A DNA stretch of 64,000 nucleotides from Opitutia bacterium (GCA_050506795.1 JBJHCF010000003.1:1-64000); one strand, 5' to 3'. Positions 49,219 through 59,068 are shown, numbered from the stretch's first letter. Program-made: numbers and translations. The notes: generated from the sequence alone by a model not told the origin.

Positions 49219-50640
49219 ATGGAAATGGACATCATTATCGGACTCGGCGGGTTGCTCCTCCTGTTGCTCGTTTCATTGGCTGCGGCCTTTGCCTGTTACA
49301 AACGGTGTCGTTCGGACCAGATTCTGGTAGTGTACGGAAAAGTGGGTACGGGGGAGAGCGCCCGGTGTATCCACGGCGGCGCCGCTTTTGTCTGGCCGTT
49401 GCTGCAGGGGTACCAGTTCCTGGACCTGACCCCGATGAACGTTGACGCCAACCTGACCGGGGCACTTTCGCAACAGAACATTCGTATCGATGCCCCGGCC
49501 TCCTTCACCATCGGGATTTCGACCACTCCGGAAATCATGAAGAACGCGGCGGAGCGCCTGCTCGGTCTCAACCTGGGCAACATCCGGGACATGGCGCAGG
49601 AAATCATCATGGGGCAGATGCGTCAGGTGATCGCCTCCATGACCATTGAGGAAATCAATTCCGACCGGGAGAAGCTGATCGATGGTGTGACAAAATCCAT
49701 AGCCACGGAATTGGACAAGATCGGGCTCCGCCTGATTAACGTGAACATTCGCGACGTGACCGATCAGGGGGGCTATATTGAGGCGCTCGGACAGGAAGCC
49801 GCCGCCAAGGCTGTCAACGAAGCCAAGGTCAAGGTGGCCGAAGCCCGTCGCTTCGGTGAGGTCGGCAGTGCTTTGGCGGACAAGGAACGGACCGTGCAGG
49901 TGGCATCCGCACAGGCGGATGCCAAAGAGGGCGAGAACGAATCCGCCATCCGGGTTGCCGCTTCCGAAGCGACCCGCCGTTCCCGGGAGGCCGAGTACCT
50001 GGAGAAAGCGGAAACCTCGGAACGAATCGCCCAGGCGAATATCGAAGCCAACTCCTATGAGGCCAAAAAACGGGCGGAAGAGGCCAGGGCCGACGTCGAG
50101 CGGGCCACCCAGTACGCCAACGAAATCGTGCCGGCGGAAACGCAGCGTGACCGCATTCGGGTGCACGCCGAGGCCGAAGCGCAGAAGCAACGCGTGGAGG
50201 CGGAAGGCCGGGCCGATGCCATCCGTTCGGTGCAGAAGGCGGAAGCGGACGGTATTCAGGCCAAACTGGAAGGTCGCGCCGAAGGTTTCAAACGTTTGAC
50301 CGAAGCCGCCGGAAGCCGTCCCGATCTCGCGATCAATTTGCTGATGGTCGAACAGATGCCCAACCTGGTCGAAGCGCAGGCGGAAGCCATCAAGAACCTC
50401 AAGATCGACAAGGTCACCGTCTGGGACGGTGGCGGCGCCAACGGCGAAGGCTCCACCAAGAACTTCGTTCGCAGCCTCGGGGGCGCCCTGCCGCCCCTGC
50501 ACGCCATCGCCGCCCAGGCCGGAATCGAACTGCCGGAGTTTATGGGCCGGGTGCAAAGCGACCGCGAAATCAAAAAGTCGCCCGGTGAATCGAAACGCCC
50601 GGCGGGCAGTGATAATCGGAAGCAATCCAGCGAGGATTAA
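49219..50640 (+). CDS. Flotillin / SPFH domain protein
   Basis: N-terminal TM; YKRC.SD.ILVVYGK; IHGGAAFVWP; AAERLLGL; AEA-rich coiled coil; IKNLKIDKVTVWD. Confidence 0.93.
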   Translation: MEMDIIIGLGGLLLLLLVSLAAAFACYKRCRSDQILVVYGKVGTGESARCIHGGAAFVWPLLQGYQFLDLTPMNVDANLTGALSQQNIRIDAPASFTIGISTTPEIMKNAAERLLGLNLGNIRDMAQEIIMGQMRQVIASMTIEEINSDREKLIDGVTKSIATELDKIGLRLINVNIRDVTDQGGYIEALGQEAAAKAVNEAKVKVAEARRFGEVGSALADKERTVQVASAQADAKEGENESAIRVAASEATRRSREAEYLEKAETSERIAQANIEANSYEAKKRAEEARADVERATQYANEIVPAETQRDRIRVHAEAEAQKQRVEAEGRADAIRSVQKAEADGIQAKLEGRAEGFKRLTEAAGSRPDLAINLLMVEQMPNLVEAQAEAIKNLKIDKVTVWDGGGANGEGSTKNFVRSLGGALPPLHAIAAQAGIELPEFMGRVQSDREIKKSPGESKRPAGSDNRKQSSED

Positions 50641-50684
50641 TCCGCGCCCGGATTTAAAGCGCTACTGAACGTTGCGGGGACCCC

Positions 50685-50720
50685 CGTCGGGGTCAGCCCT
50701 TAAAATAGGGGACCCCGACG
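50685..50720. terminator. GC-rich hairpin between convergent genes
   Basis: CGTCGGGGTC-AG-CCCT-TAAAAT-AGGG-GACCCCGACG; no clear U tract. Confidence 0.5.
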
Positions 50721-50739
50721 AACCCGGCCCGGGAGTGAG

Positions 50740-51771
50740 TCAAAAAGAGTAGCTCACCTGGACGCGGCTGTGGAGCAGCGTTTCGGTTCGACGTTCCTTT
50801 TGGGGGCGTTGCACGGAAAGCGGTGTGTAGAAGAAGCCTCCGGAGAGTTCCAGCCTATCGGTGATCGGATAGCTCATTCCCGCGGTGGCGGCCCAGGTGT
50901 AACCGTCGGTGTAGAGCCGGCGGTTGTCGCGGCGTACCGGGTTTTGCCGGGGGGCGTCCACCTCGAATTCCAAGTCCATGTACTGCCCGGAGAGGCCCGC
51001 GTAGGTCACAAGATCCGTTTCCACTCCCGGGATTCCATCGAGACGGTAAGACACCGCCAGTTCGACTCCATGAACGATCGCCCGCAGCGTGTCGTTTGAT
51101 GTTCCGGAACAGAACGGGGAGAATGCCGGTTCGTGCGTTCGGCCCTCGGGACAGGTGAAGGACCCGCGCACGTGGGAGTATTGAGCGAAAACGCGGGCGC
51201 CCAGGCGAAACGATTCCGTTTCCCACAGGGGTCGGTTCAGGGAAACCGCGTACAGGGCGGCGCGGGCGTCAAACGCATCTAGCGGCGGCGCATAACTGAA
51301 CGTCGCGGAAAAATCAGCCGGGAGGCCGATTGTGAGCCGCGGACGAAAGATCGCGGGCGCCTTGTTGAGGTCTTCCGGCTTGCTTCCCCCGAAACCCACC
51401 CGCTGTTCGTCTTCATCGAGCGTCGGCAGGTGGATGAATTCCAGGCTCAGGACGGTTTCCCAGGGCTCCATTGGTTTCGGCGCCCCGTAACCAGTGAACA
51501 ACATGGCGGAGGCGAAGTACTTCATCGCCCAGGCTTCCGGCGCACGATGAAAGTCGACTTCCTCTGATGGCGCCTGTTGTCCGTAGGCGGGAACAGGGCC
51601 TCCGCCAAGTGCTGGAATCAAGATGAAACAAAAGACGATCCCTGTCCGATAACCCGGCGAGCTTTGGAGGCCGAAGCGCCTGGTTTTCGCATGCGAGAAA
51701 CGGTTGCCGGTGTCGGTTGGTGAGGTCTTGTTCATGCGGTCGCCGTACGGTTGTCGATTCTCCGCGTTCAT
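50740..51771 (-). CDS. Putative outer-membrane beta-barrel protein
   Basis: Alternating amphipathic strands; C-terminus RVQVSYSF fits the BAM beta-signal pattern. True start may be 51735. Confidence 0.65.
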   Translation of the reverse strand: MNAENRQPYGDRMNKTSPTDTGNRFSHAKTRRFGLQSSPGYRTGIVFCFILIPALGGGPVPAYGQQAPSEEVDFHRAPEAWAMKYFASAMLFTGYGAPKPMEPWETVLSLEFIHLPTLDEDEQRVGFGGSKPEDLNKAPAIFRPRLTIGLPADFSATFSYAPPLDAFDARAALYAVSLNRPLWETESFRLGARVFAQYSHVRGSFTCPEGRTHEPAFSPFCSGTSNDTLRAIVHGVELAVSYRLDGIPGVETDLVTYAGLSGQYMDLEFEVDAPRQNPVRRDNRRLYTDGYTWAATAGMSYPITDRLELSGGFFYTPLSVQRPQKERRTETLLHSRVQVSYSF

Positions 51772-51818
51772 GCCGTTGATTCCTCGTTCAGGTTTAACTT
51801 TCAGTCGATCGCGCGCGG

Positions 51819-52604
51819 CTACTCCACCCTAACCCGGTAAAACCGCGACGGTTCCTCCGGATCGGCATCGGAGATCTGCACCGGGTCGCCATTGCCTTCG
51901 ATCACTTCGAGCACCTGCCATTCCAGGGTGTCCAGCGGGCCTTCGAGCGCGTTGACGTATTCCACCGTGTAGGTGCGGTCGGGCTCGGTGGAGAAAGAAA
52001 GTTCGACGACGCCATCGTTAAAGACGACATTCAGCGACCCGGGCGTCTCCGGTTCCGCCGGCGGAGGCGTCAGTTCCGCGGTGTCGCCGGCGAAGTTCCG
52101 CACCGTTGCCGGTTCCACCACGTCTCCGTTCCGGTCCAGGGAACGAAAACCGTCGGTCGGGATGAAATCGTAGGTCAGAATATTGTGGGGGGAGGCCCAG
52201 GCCATATCCTCCATGTCGAAGGTGGCGGTATTTTCGAACACAACACGGATAAAGTTTTCCGGTATGATAAAATCCGGTTCCACCCCCTCGATCGGCCCGG
52301 TGGCCAGAAGCATGAAACGTCCCGCCGTGGATTGACCGCCCGTGTCCAGGTTTGACGGAAACGTATAGCTTTGCTGGTCTTCCCCGCCGTCACGGTAGGT
52401 GAATATCGTCTGCCCTGCCACGAATTCTTCGTTCGAGGAGGGATTGAACATTTGTATGAATTGCACGGAGCCGTCCGCATTGGAGTAGATTTGCCGGATC
52501 TCCCAGAGATGAAATATTCCGTAGGCACGTTCGCATACGAAAAGACCTGCTGAGATCATCAGGGCCGATAAGGCGCAACCTTTAAGGCGTTTACAGGGGC
52601 TCAT
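51819..52604 (-). CDS. Secreted protein (FHLW...IYSNADGSVQFI N-terminal domain), Pro linker, C-terminal RFYRVR domain
   Basis: Signal peptide; domain ending NFAGDT; linker TPPPAEPETP; tail YTVEY...W...SRFYRVRVE. Confidence 0.75.
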   Translation of the reverse strand: MSPCKRLKGCALSALMISAGLFVCERAYGIFHLWEIRQIYSNADGSVQFIQMFNPSSNEEFVAGQTIFTYRDGGEDQQSYTFPSNLDTGGQSTAGRFMLLATGPIEGVEPDFIIPENFIRVVFENTATFDMEDMAWASPHNILTYDFIPTDGFRSLDRNGDVVEPATVRNFAGDTAELTPPPAEPETPGSLNVVFNDGVVELSFSTEPDRTYTVEYVNALEGPLDTLEWQVLEVIEGNGDPVQISDADPEEPSRFYRVRVE

Positions 52605-52767
52605 ACCGGATCTCCTTCCTCATTTTGTGGTGGTAAGAACGAATCTGGCCATCCGTCAGGGCAGTGGAGCCAGCAGCAGGCTCGGAGCCAGATCAGGTTG
52701 TATCGGAAGGCAAAAATATAAATTTCGAGTTGTCAAACAAAAATATTTCTACACTATAAATCTTCAA

Positions 52768-53334
52768 ATGATTGCTTCCCGTCTATCAGTCGTTTTGTTG
52801 GTGGCCGCTCTGTTATTCGCCCGCCAAGACGTTAATGCCGATGCTCCGGTGACGTTGCAGGTCGATAAGGAAAACTCCCACATCGTGGCCCACGTCAAGG
52901 CAACCGGGCACCGGTTCGAAGCTGTTGTGACCGACTTTGAACTCGACCTTTTTTGGGATCCCGAGTCCGGCCGTATCAGCGGAGCCCGGCTGGTTTTTGA
53001 TTTCGAAGATGTCGAGACCGGTCGCTCCCGCCGGGATCGGGAGATGTTGGAATGGCTCGATCACGATACCTATCCGGAGGCGACCTTTATCCTCAATACG
53101 ATCGAGGAGGTGGACGGCGAAACGGTGGCAAGCGGAACGTTTTCGCTTTACCGGACCGAGCGCGACATTGAGTTTCCGGTCACCCTCGAGGAGAGGGACG
53201 GCGTCCTGCACGTCCGCGCCGAAACGATCCTGGATCATCGCGACTGGGAACTCGAAACGATTCGAGCCATGCTCTTCATGACGGTCGATCCCGAACTCGA
53301 AATCAAGATCGACATTCGGGCCGCGCTGCCCTGA
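52768..53334 (+). CDS. YceI-like periplasmic lipid/polyisoprenoid-binding protein
   Basis: Signal peptide; VDKENSHI; VETG...RD.EM..WLD...YPEATF; GTFSLY.TER.IEFPV. Confidence 0.8.
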   Translation: MIASRLSVVLLVAALLFARQDVNADAPVTLQVDKENSHIVAHVKATGHRFEAVVTDFELDLFWDPESGRISGARLVFDFEDVETGRSRRDREMLEWLDHDTYPEATFILNTIEEVDGETVASGTFSLYRTERDIEFPVTLEERDGVLHVRAETILDHRDWELETIRAMLFMTVDPELEIKIDIRAALP

Positions 53335-53469
53335 GTCGTGTTTCAAGGGAATGCGGCGCAGTGCGAGATGCTCTTTGGAGTGCCCTGATCTTACCCTGCG
53401 TTGGCGAGTTTCCTTAAAATCACGTATTTTCCCGCCTGCAAATCCAGTCGGGGGTTGCCGAAAATGAAG

Positions 53470-53516
53470 CCGATCTCGAACGGTTCCTCAAACGCTGAAC
53501 CTGCTTAGCCGTGCCC
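53470..53516 (-). repeat. Partial third copy of the MITE left end
   Basis: Reverse complement GGCACGGCTAAGCAGGTTCAGCGTTTGAGGAACCGTTCGAGATCGG vs 45526 GGCACGGTTAAGCAGGTTCATCGTTTGAGAAACGGAATCGAAATCGG. Confidence 0.7.
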
Positions 53517-53519
53517 TTC

Positions 53520-53564
53520 ACCGTAGCGCCGATCTTCAGACGGCGTCACCAAGCGACCGACAAA
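53520..53564 (+). repeat. GTAG-type REP-like element (copy 2)
   Basis: 41/45 identical to 8855-8899. Confidence 0.75.
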
Positions 53565-53613
53565 CCGGCCGTGCCTCGAAACCGGAACCCGCTTCGCCCG
53601 AAGAAAGAATGGT

Positions 53614-53735
53614 CACACGGAGGCACGGAGACACGGAGGGTAAGGCAGCAGAACCAGGAACCAGGAACCCCCAAACCGACCTTCAACCACAGATACCGCA
53701 GATGGGCACAGATTGGGGCGAGGGGCGAGGGCGAG
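53614..53735 (+). repeat. Cluster of four different short tandem triplets
   Basis: CACGGAG x3 (8-nt period), GAACCAG x3, C(A/G)CAGAT x3, GGCGAG x3. Confidence 0.75.
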
Positions 53736-53750
53736 CGGTGGGAGACGCGA

Positions 53751-53794
53751 TCAGGACATAGGTAACACTTTGGGTTCAGGACATGGGTAACACT
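53751..53794. mobile_element. Remnant IS end (IS481-family-like transposase binding repeats)
   Basis: 19-bp direct repeat TCAGGACAT(A/G)GGTAACACT, period 25. Reverse complement AGTGTTACC(T/C)ATGTCCTGA resembles IS481-family end motifs (from memory). No transposase present. Confidence 0.55.
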
Positions 53795-53936
53795 CTATCG
53801 TTGCGATTATGCCATATCAGCATGGTCTGGTTATTGATAAATACGGGCTTGCAATGTTCGATGTTCTTGTCGAACGAGGTACGTCGGGCGGTTCAACGTA
53901 ACGAGCGAATGAGATTGATATGAATGTGCGGCCTTA

Positions 53937-54269
53937 ATGGTAATTTTCACCAGTGATAACGGCCCTGAGTCGATTGCGTACGAGCGTAATCTAAATCATG
54001 GACACTACATACATAACACCTATCGCAACGCGTATGCGATCAGGCATGATGAATGGCTTCTTATCGCCGCTGAAACGGGTGGGATTTCTGACGTTCCCTC
54101 CTGGTTTGATGAAGAGAGAGGCTACGTTAAGAACGAATATCCGGGCGAACTCTATAACCTCGTGAACGACCTGGGACAGAAGCACAACCTGTATGGTGAG
54201 AAGCCTGATAAGGTGGAGGAGTTGACCGTGCTTTTGAAAGAAATTAGGACTAAAGGCCAAGTGCGTTGA
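53937..54269 (+). pseudogene. Arylsulfatase C-terminal fragment with internal deletion
   Basis: VIFTSDNGPE joined almost directly to YAIRHDEWLLI...GELYNLVNDLGQKHNLY; no N-terminal CxPxR. Confidence 0.75.
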
Positions 54270-54284
54270 TACCCCCTTGTTATT

Positions 54285-55274
54285 GTGCAGAGAGCTGAGA
54301 TCCGACAGGACGACTTCGATTTTGCTCGCATCTATTGCGGTCGTCATTGGTCTGAAATAGACGGAGAGCGTATCCACGTCACCGAGCGAAACGCGCAGGA
54401 TTCACTCGAGTTTCTGAGAGAACGTCCGGCCGATCAGCCTTTTGTGCTCAGCCTTTCCTTTTTTGCTCCCCACGCCGAGGACTCCGCGGAAGAGCAATAT
54501 CTGCCGCAGGACTGGAGTGCGAAATACTATGAAGGCGTGAAAATACCCGAGTCGGAGACGATGGATGTAGCCTACCTGGAGGCGCTGCCGGAATTTCTGT
54601 CCCACGAGTCCAACGAAGGACGAGTCCGTTTTCATTGGCGTTTCGATACGCCGGAGCGATATCAGGAATACATGACAAACTATTTCCGTCTCATCACGGA
54701 GGTGGATGAAGCGGTCGGGCGACTCATTGCGGAGCTCAAGGAGCAAGGGGTGTATGAAAACACCTTGATCATTTTCATGGGTGACAATGGCTATTTTTAC
54801 GCCGATCGCGGTCTGGCGGACAAGTGGTATCCGTATGAGGAGTCGATTCGGGTTCCTTTGATCGTATACGACCCCCGGTTGCCGGCGGAGGAACGTGGAA
54901 TCACCCGGGATGAAATGGTTCTGAACATTGATTTGGCGCCAACCATCCTTGCGGCCGCGGGCTTACCGGTTCCGGAGGTTGTGCAAGGCGAAGATCTGGC
55001 GCCGCTTTATCTGAGTGCTGAGCGCCCGCAGTGGCGCGAGGAGTTTTTATATGAGCATCCGACCATCACCAACAGGAATCGTATTCCAACGTCACACGCC
55101 GTGGTGCGACGGGACCTGAAATACGCCCATTGGCCGGAGTGGGACTATGAGCAGCTCTTCGATTTGCGGGTGGACCCTACAGAGAAGTCGAACCAAGTGG
55201 ACAACCCCGCTTACGCGAGCGAATTGACGGAAATGCGGCAGCGGTTGGCAGAGTTGCTGGAGGCTGCGAAATGA
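54285..55274 (+). pseudogene. Sulfatase, N-terminally truncated
   Basis: PFVLSLSFFAPHA, NTLIIFMGDNG, DKWYPYEESIRVPL, LNIDLAPT, QLFDL..DP.E..N. Lacks signal peptide, CxPxR and GKWH. Confidence 0.8.
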
Positions 55275-55383
55275 TCCTGTTTATCGAACGCAAACCCAGC
55301 CGAAGTCGGGTGAAAGCGATTCTTTGTTGGTTCGAATAGGAATCTCCTGAAAACCACGCAAGCCAGGGAGTTAATATGAAGAA

Positions 55384-55557
55384 ATGGAACATGAGCCCAG
55401 GACCGGGAACGGCGATCTCAATAATCAGGGCACGCACGAACTCGACATCGCCCGATGGGCGCTCGATCCCGAGATGCATGATCGTCATCCCACCCGTGTC
55501 ATGTCCCTCGGTGGACGTTATGTCTGGGATGACCAGGGGGAGACCCCGAACAAGTGA
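55384..55557 (+). pseudogene. Internal fragment of a Gfo/Idh/MocA oxidoreductase (not in ORF track)
   Basis: Manual translation from 55402: TGNGDLNNQGTHELDIARWALDPEMHDRHPTRVMSLGGRYVWDDQGETPN. Confidence 0.75.
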
Positions 55558-55650
55558 ATGCGAGTATGCACGAAGGCCATTACGCGAGCGCTCTGGGGCA
55601 CCTGATGAATAATTCCTGCCGGCTCGGCGTGGAAAAACCGTTTTCCCGCG

Positions 55651-55974
55651 ATGCATTCCCCTCCGAGTATGCTTCGGCAGCTTTATGAGCAACAGCAGGC
55701 CTGCCGGCCCGAAGACATCAATGATGGGCGCGTCTACGGCCCCGATCTTGATTACGAGGAAGCCGACGAGCGGCCCGGCCCCTCCGCATGGATCGACGGA
55801 GAGTGGAAGTTACATCGCCGCGCTGGCGATCACTTGCTGTTCCACCTCGGCGACGATGAGGGGGAGCAAAACAACCTGATTGATCGACACCCCGAGCGCG
55901 CTGAGCAAATGCGAATCGAACTCCACCAGTGGGAAGAATCGGTCATACGCAGCATGCGCGGCGAGGATTACTGA
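55651..55974 (+). pseudogene. Sulfatase extreme C-terminal fragment
   Basis: AWIDGEWKLHR...LFHLGDDEGEQNNLIDRHPERAEQM...WEESVIRSMRGEDY. Confidence 0.7.
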
Positions 55975-56356
55975 GTGAATGTCATCGTGCTTCCCAGGCC
56001 GGATGCTGGGCATCTCGGCGCGCCGATATCGACCTTATCGGTCAGGAACAAAAGTCTGCCGCGAGTGAACCGCGAGGTTTCTTCGACTGGCTCAGCCTGC
56101 GGATTCCGATCGGCGGACGCATGCAAGGAAAGCAAACCTGCGAGGGTTTGAAGAGAACCGGACCACCGATGGAGCAAAAAGAACGATTCGCTGTAACGGC
56201 CGAGTCGGACTGATTCACGATCAGCGAGCTTTGCCGCCGCCGGGGAAGAAATTTTGTGGGAAACCTAGGGCTTTTTGGGCCTTTCCGAGTAGTCTGAACA
56301 GTGAAAGGTAGAGGGCCATTCACCCTTACGGATGAATGGCCCGGGCCACACGGATT

Positions 56357-56488
56357 TTATTTTTTCTTCACCGCTGTTCCCGTTTGCTGAAAAAGGGCAA
56401 GGTGCTTTTTCCTCTTTTTCGCTTTTTTCGTTTTTGTCTGCTCATGCGCAGCCTTTTTATTGATCGCTTTCGGAGATTTGTCACCCAT
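56357..56488 (-). CDS. Small basic protein MGDKSPK... (43 aa), possibly translated independently
   Basis: GAAAGGA Shine-Dalgarno-like motif 8 nt before an in-frame ATG; Lys-rich product. Confidence 0.5.
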   Translation of the reverse strand: MGDKSPKAINKKAAHEQTKTKKAKKRKKHLALFQQTGTAVKKK

Positions 56489-57136
56489 GTCTAATTTCCT
56501 TTCGTGTCTTGTTGTGTTGGTTTGTGTTGCCGTTTCATCCGGCAAGATTTTCACGTTTGTCTCAAGTCTCGTTCCATTGAGACTTCCGGCTGGGGTAAGA
56601 TTCTTCATCCATGACCCCGCTCCCACCGTTCGAACATCTTCGATTGTGTAAAAGGGAACGGGTTGCAGGGACCTGATAAACTTCAAAAGATCCTTTAGTC
56701 TGCGGCGCTCGGATACTATCAGAAATATCTCAACGCCTCCCTTGGATCCGGCCGCCTGAACCGAGGTAACACCATAGGATCTCTCGCTGAGTCCCTGCAA
56801 CAATCCCGAAGACCCTCCAACGGTTATGACACGAACGATCTGGTACCCTAATGCCAGTTTTTCTTCAATCAACATGCCAACGTACGTACCCGCCGAGACG
56901 CCTCCAGCCCAGGCAATGAAACACGCCCAGTTGTTAAGGTTTTGCATGACCTGGGTGATTGCGATGAGCCAAATGCTTACCTCAATGAATGCCAGGCCCG
57001 GAACCAATAGTCGAAATCCTTTGTAGATTAGAATTTGGCGTAATGTTGCCAGGGTCACATCGATAAGCCTCGCAAAGAATATCAAACCGGGCATCAAAAC
57101 CCAGGAGATGTAGTCGAAATTGAAAAAGGAATCCAT
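56357..57136 (-). CDS. DUF2179/UPF0316 family membrane protein with in-frame Lys-rich tail
   Basis: LIFFARLIDVTLATLR, FIEVSIWLIAI, AWAGG.SAGTYVGMLIEEKLALG, YGVT...A.G..G, PFYTIEDVR. Visibly lower GC than its neighbours. Confidence 0.85.
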   Translation of the reverse strand: MDSFFNFDYISWVLMPGLIFFARLIDVTLATLRQILIYKGFRLLVPGLAFIEVSIWLIAITQVMQNLNNWACFIAWAGGVSAGTYVGMLIEEKLALGYQIVRVITVGGSSGLLQGLSERSYGVTSVQAAGSKGGVEIFLIVSERRRLKDLLKFIRSLQPVPFYTIEDVRTVGAGSWMKNLTPAGSLNGTRLETNVKILPDETATQTNTTRHERKLDMGDKSPKAINKKAAHEQTKTKKAKKRKKHLALFQQTGTAVKKK

Positions 57137-57849
57137 CGATGCTTTATGCAAAACCAATAATGAAGAATCTATTTCCGGCTAATCTAAGAAACCGGTGACC
57201 GCATAACCTATCTTCAGGTGGATAGTTCAGGAACCACCTGAATACCGTCACCCTACAGGTATTAAGAGCACAATGCCTCAACGCTCGAGGGCTGACTCAT
57301 GAAGACCATCAAGCGGCCATGAGCCTGCACCTCCAGTCCGCGGCACCTGAGTGCCGATAGACAGGCGAATGTGCGCCAGCGCGAGTGAATTAGCGTAATT
57401 CCGGTTCGAGCCGGAAAGTGGGGAAGGTGGCCCGATGATCTCAGGGGAGGGTGCAATTGGAGCGTAACACCCTCGCTGCCGCGATCATCGGGATAGCGGA
57501 AGGAAGATCAAACTGAACGCTCCGTGAACAAGCCGATAAAGAATAAACAGCGATAAACTCATTCGAATTATGATTTTATCCCTTTCGTCTCGTATGTCAA
57601 ATGGAAAGATGATCGATTTACCGAATGTATGGTGTTTGGTCGGGGTGAAGATTCAAAGTCTTCCATAAGCCCGCAGGTGTGGCGTTGATCTGGCCGCCGT
57701 TGTGTAGAATTCAATACCCAACGCATCCCCCTTAGTCCGGCGGCGGACCGACCTCAATCTCCACTTCCGTTCTCTGCCCGGCCTGCAACGACACGTTGCG
57801 GTAGCTCACCCAGCGGAAGGGCCGCGTTTGAAGGATCACGGATTCGAGT

Positions 57850-58218
57850 TCATCGAGAGGGATTGTAAAAGGGTAAGATGGAGGGATTGATACGTTCCGC
57901 ACCTTGGACCGCGCTTGATCCCACATCGTTACCCCGCGAATCCGCTCTCACCCCGTCCGTCTCAATTGCAACCTCCACGGGCCCCGTCTCCACCGCATGC
58001 ACGACCGGGTTGACCGTTTTTACCTGCACAACCGACCAACCGGGCAACACAAGCGACAACACCGGCAACGCCAGCACACCCGCCACCGCAGCGGTCCAGA
58101 CCAGATGCCGCGCCGCCGCCGAACTTTTCCGCATACCAAGGACCGCGACCGATGCGACAGACAGGATAACGGCACCCTTAATCAGAATATCGAAAAAGAA
58201 AAAAGTCAGGTTTTGCAT
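57850..58218 (-). pseudogene. BlaR1/MecR1 (peptidase M56) N-terminal fragment
   Basis: LIKGAVIL...RKSSAAARHLVW..AV.GVLALPVLSLVLPGW directly downstream of blaI. Ends after 122 aa with no HExxH. Confidence 0.75.
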
Positions 58219-58264
58219 GGGAGACCCGGGTTAAGTGACACTCGCGATAAATTCATCCTTCCGC

Positions 58265-58672
58265 TCAGTTTCCTTTGCGTTCGGCCTCCTCGATCATCTT
58301 TTTGAGGCGCTGCAGTTCTTCTTCGGAAACACCCGCATTCTTCTGGGCCAGGTAGGCGCCGACCGCGTTTTCAAGCGAGCCGTCGAAGAACGTTTCGAGA
58401 ACGCGCTGCAGCGCGGACCGTCCCACCCGGACGCGTTCGGCGCGCGGACTGTACACGTGCTCGCGACCCGCCTTGCGGCGTTTGACCAGCCCCTTGTCGC
58501 CAAGGATCTTCAACATCGTCCTCACCGCGGTGTGCGCCGGCGGATCGGGCAATGCGGGTTGAAGTTCGTTCACACTGACCTCGCCCCGCACGTAGAGAAA
58601 GTCCATGATCTGGCGTTCTCGCCGGGTCAAGTGGAGATGCGTGTCGGATTTGGAGGAGACCGATTTTTTCAT
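58265..58672 (-). CDS. BlaI/MecI/CopY family transcriptional repressor
   Basis: LTRRERQIMDFLY, AVRTMLKIL..KGLV, HVYSP, VLETFFDGS, EELQRLKKMI. Confidence 0.93.
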   Translation of the reverse strand: MKKSVSSKSDTHLHLTRRERQIMDFLYVRGEVSVNELQPALPDPPAHTAVRTMLKILGDKGLVKRRKAGREHVYSPRAERVRVGRSALQRVLETFFDGSLENAVGAYLAQKNAGVSEEELQRLKKMIEEAERKGN

Positions 58673-58733
58673 TTCGCCAAAGTTTTAGCGAACATGGCGG
58701 AATATCAACACAAAATGCTAAATTTTTAGCGAA
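58673..58733 (-). promoter_or_regulatory. Two palindromic operator-like boxes upstream of blaI
   Basis: TTCGCCAAAGTTTTAGCGAA (58673-58692) and GCTAAATTTTTAGC (58717-58730); consensus GCTAAA-N2-TTTAGC. Confidence 0.7.
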
Positions 58734-59068
58734 ATTTTTCTGATAAACTATTGGTTGACTCTTTTCGATGTGATGCTCGAGGGAGGGGTCGGAAGGAGTC
58801 CCTGCTTCTGCTGTTCGTTAAAACGTGTGCCATTCGTGGTTCGAGGTCGCGCGGAGTGAGGTCGCCGGATTGAAGAATAGACAACGGGAGGAATTTGCCT
58901 CAGACAGAGAAGGCGGCGATGAACGCGGCGAAACAAGAGAATCATTGATCCATGTATCGCTTGACCGCAAAGTGGTACTCGGGCCGATTGGCTACCTCTT
59001 CAAGGGGGCGTGGTGGACGGTCGAAAAGTTGTTTGTGATCCGAAGATAGTCCGCGTTCACCGCATAAA

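Noticed and set aside
53751..53794. Possible mini-CRISPR array
   Set aside because: Only two 19-bp repeats with a 6-bp spacer and no cas genes; fits an IS end better.
57240..57720. Small ORF or ncRNA upstream of the DUF2179 gene
   Set aside because: The frames I translated gave nothing recognisable and I saw no convincing structure.
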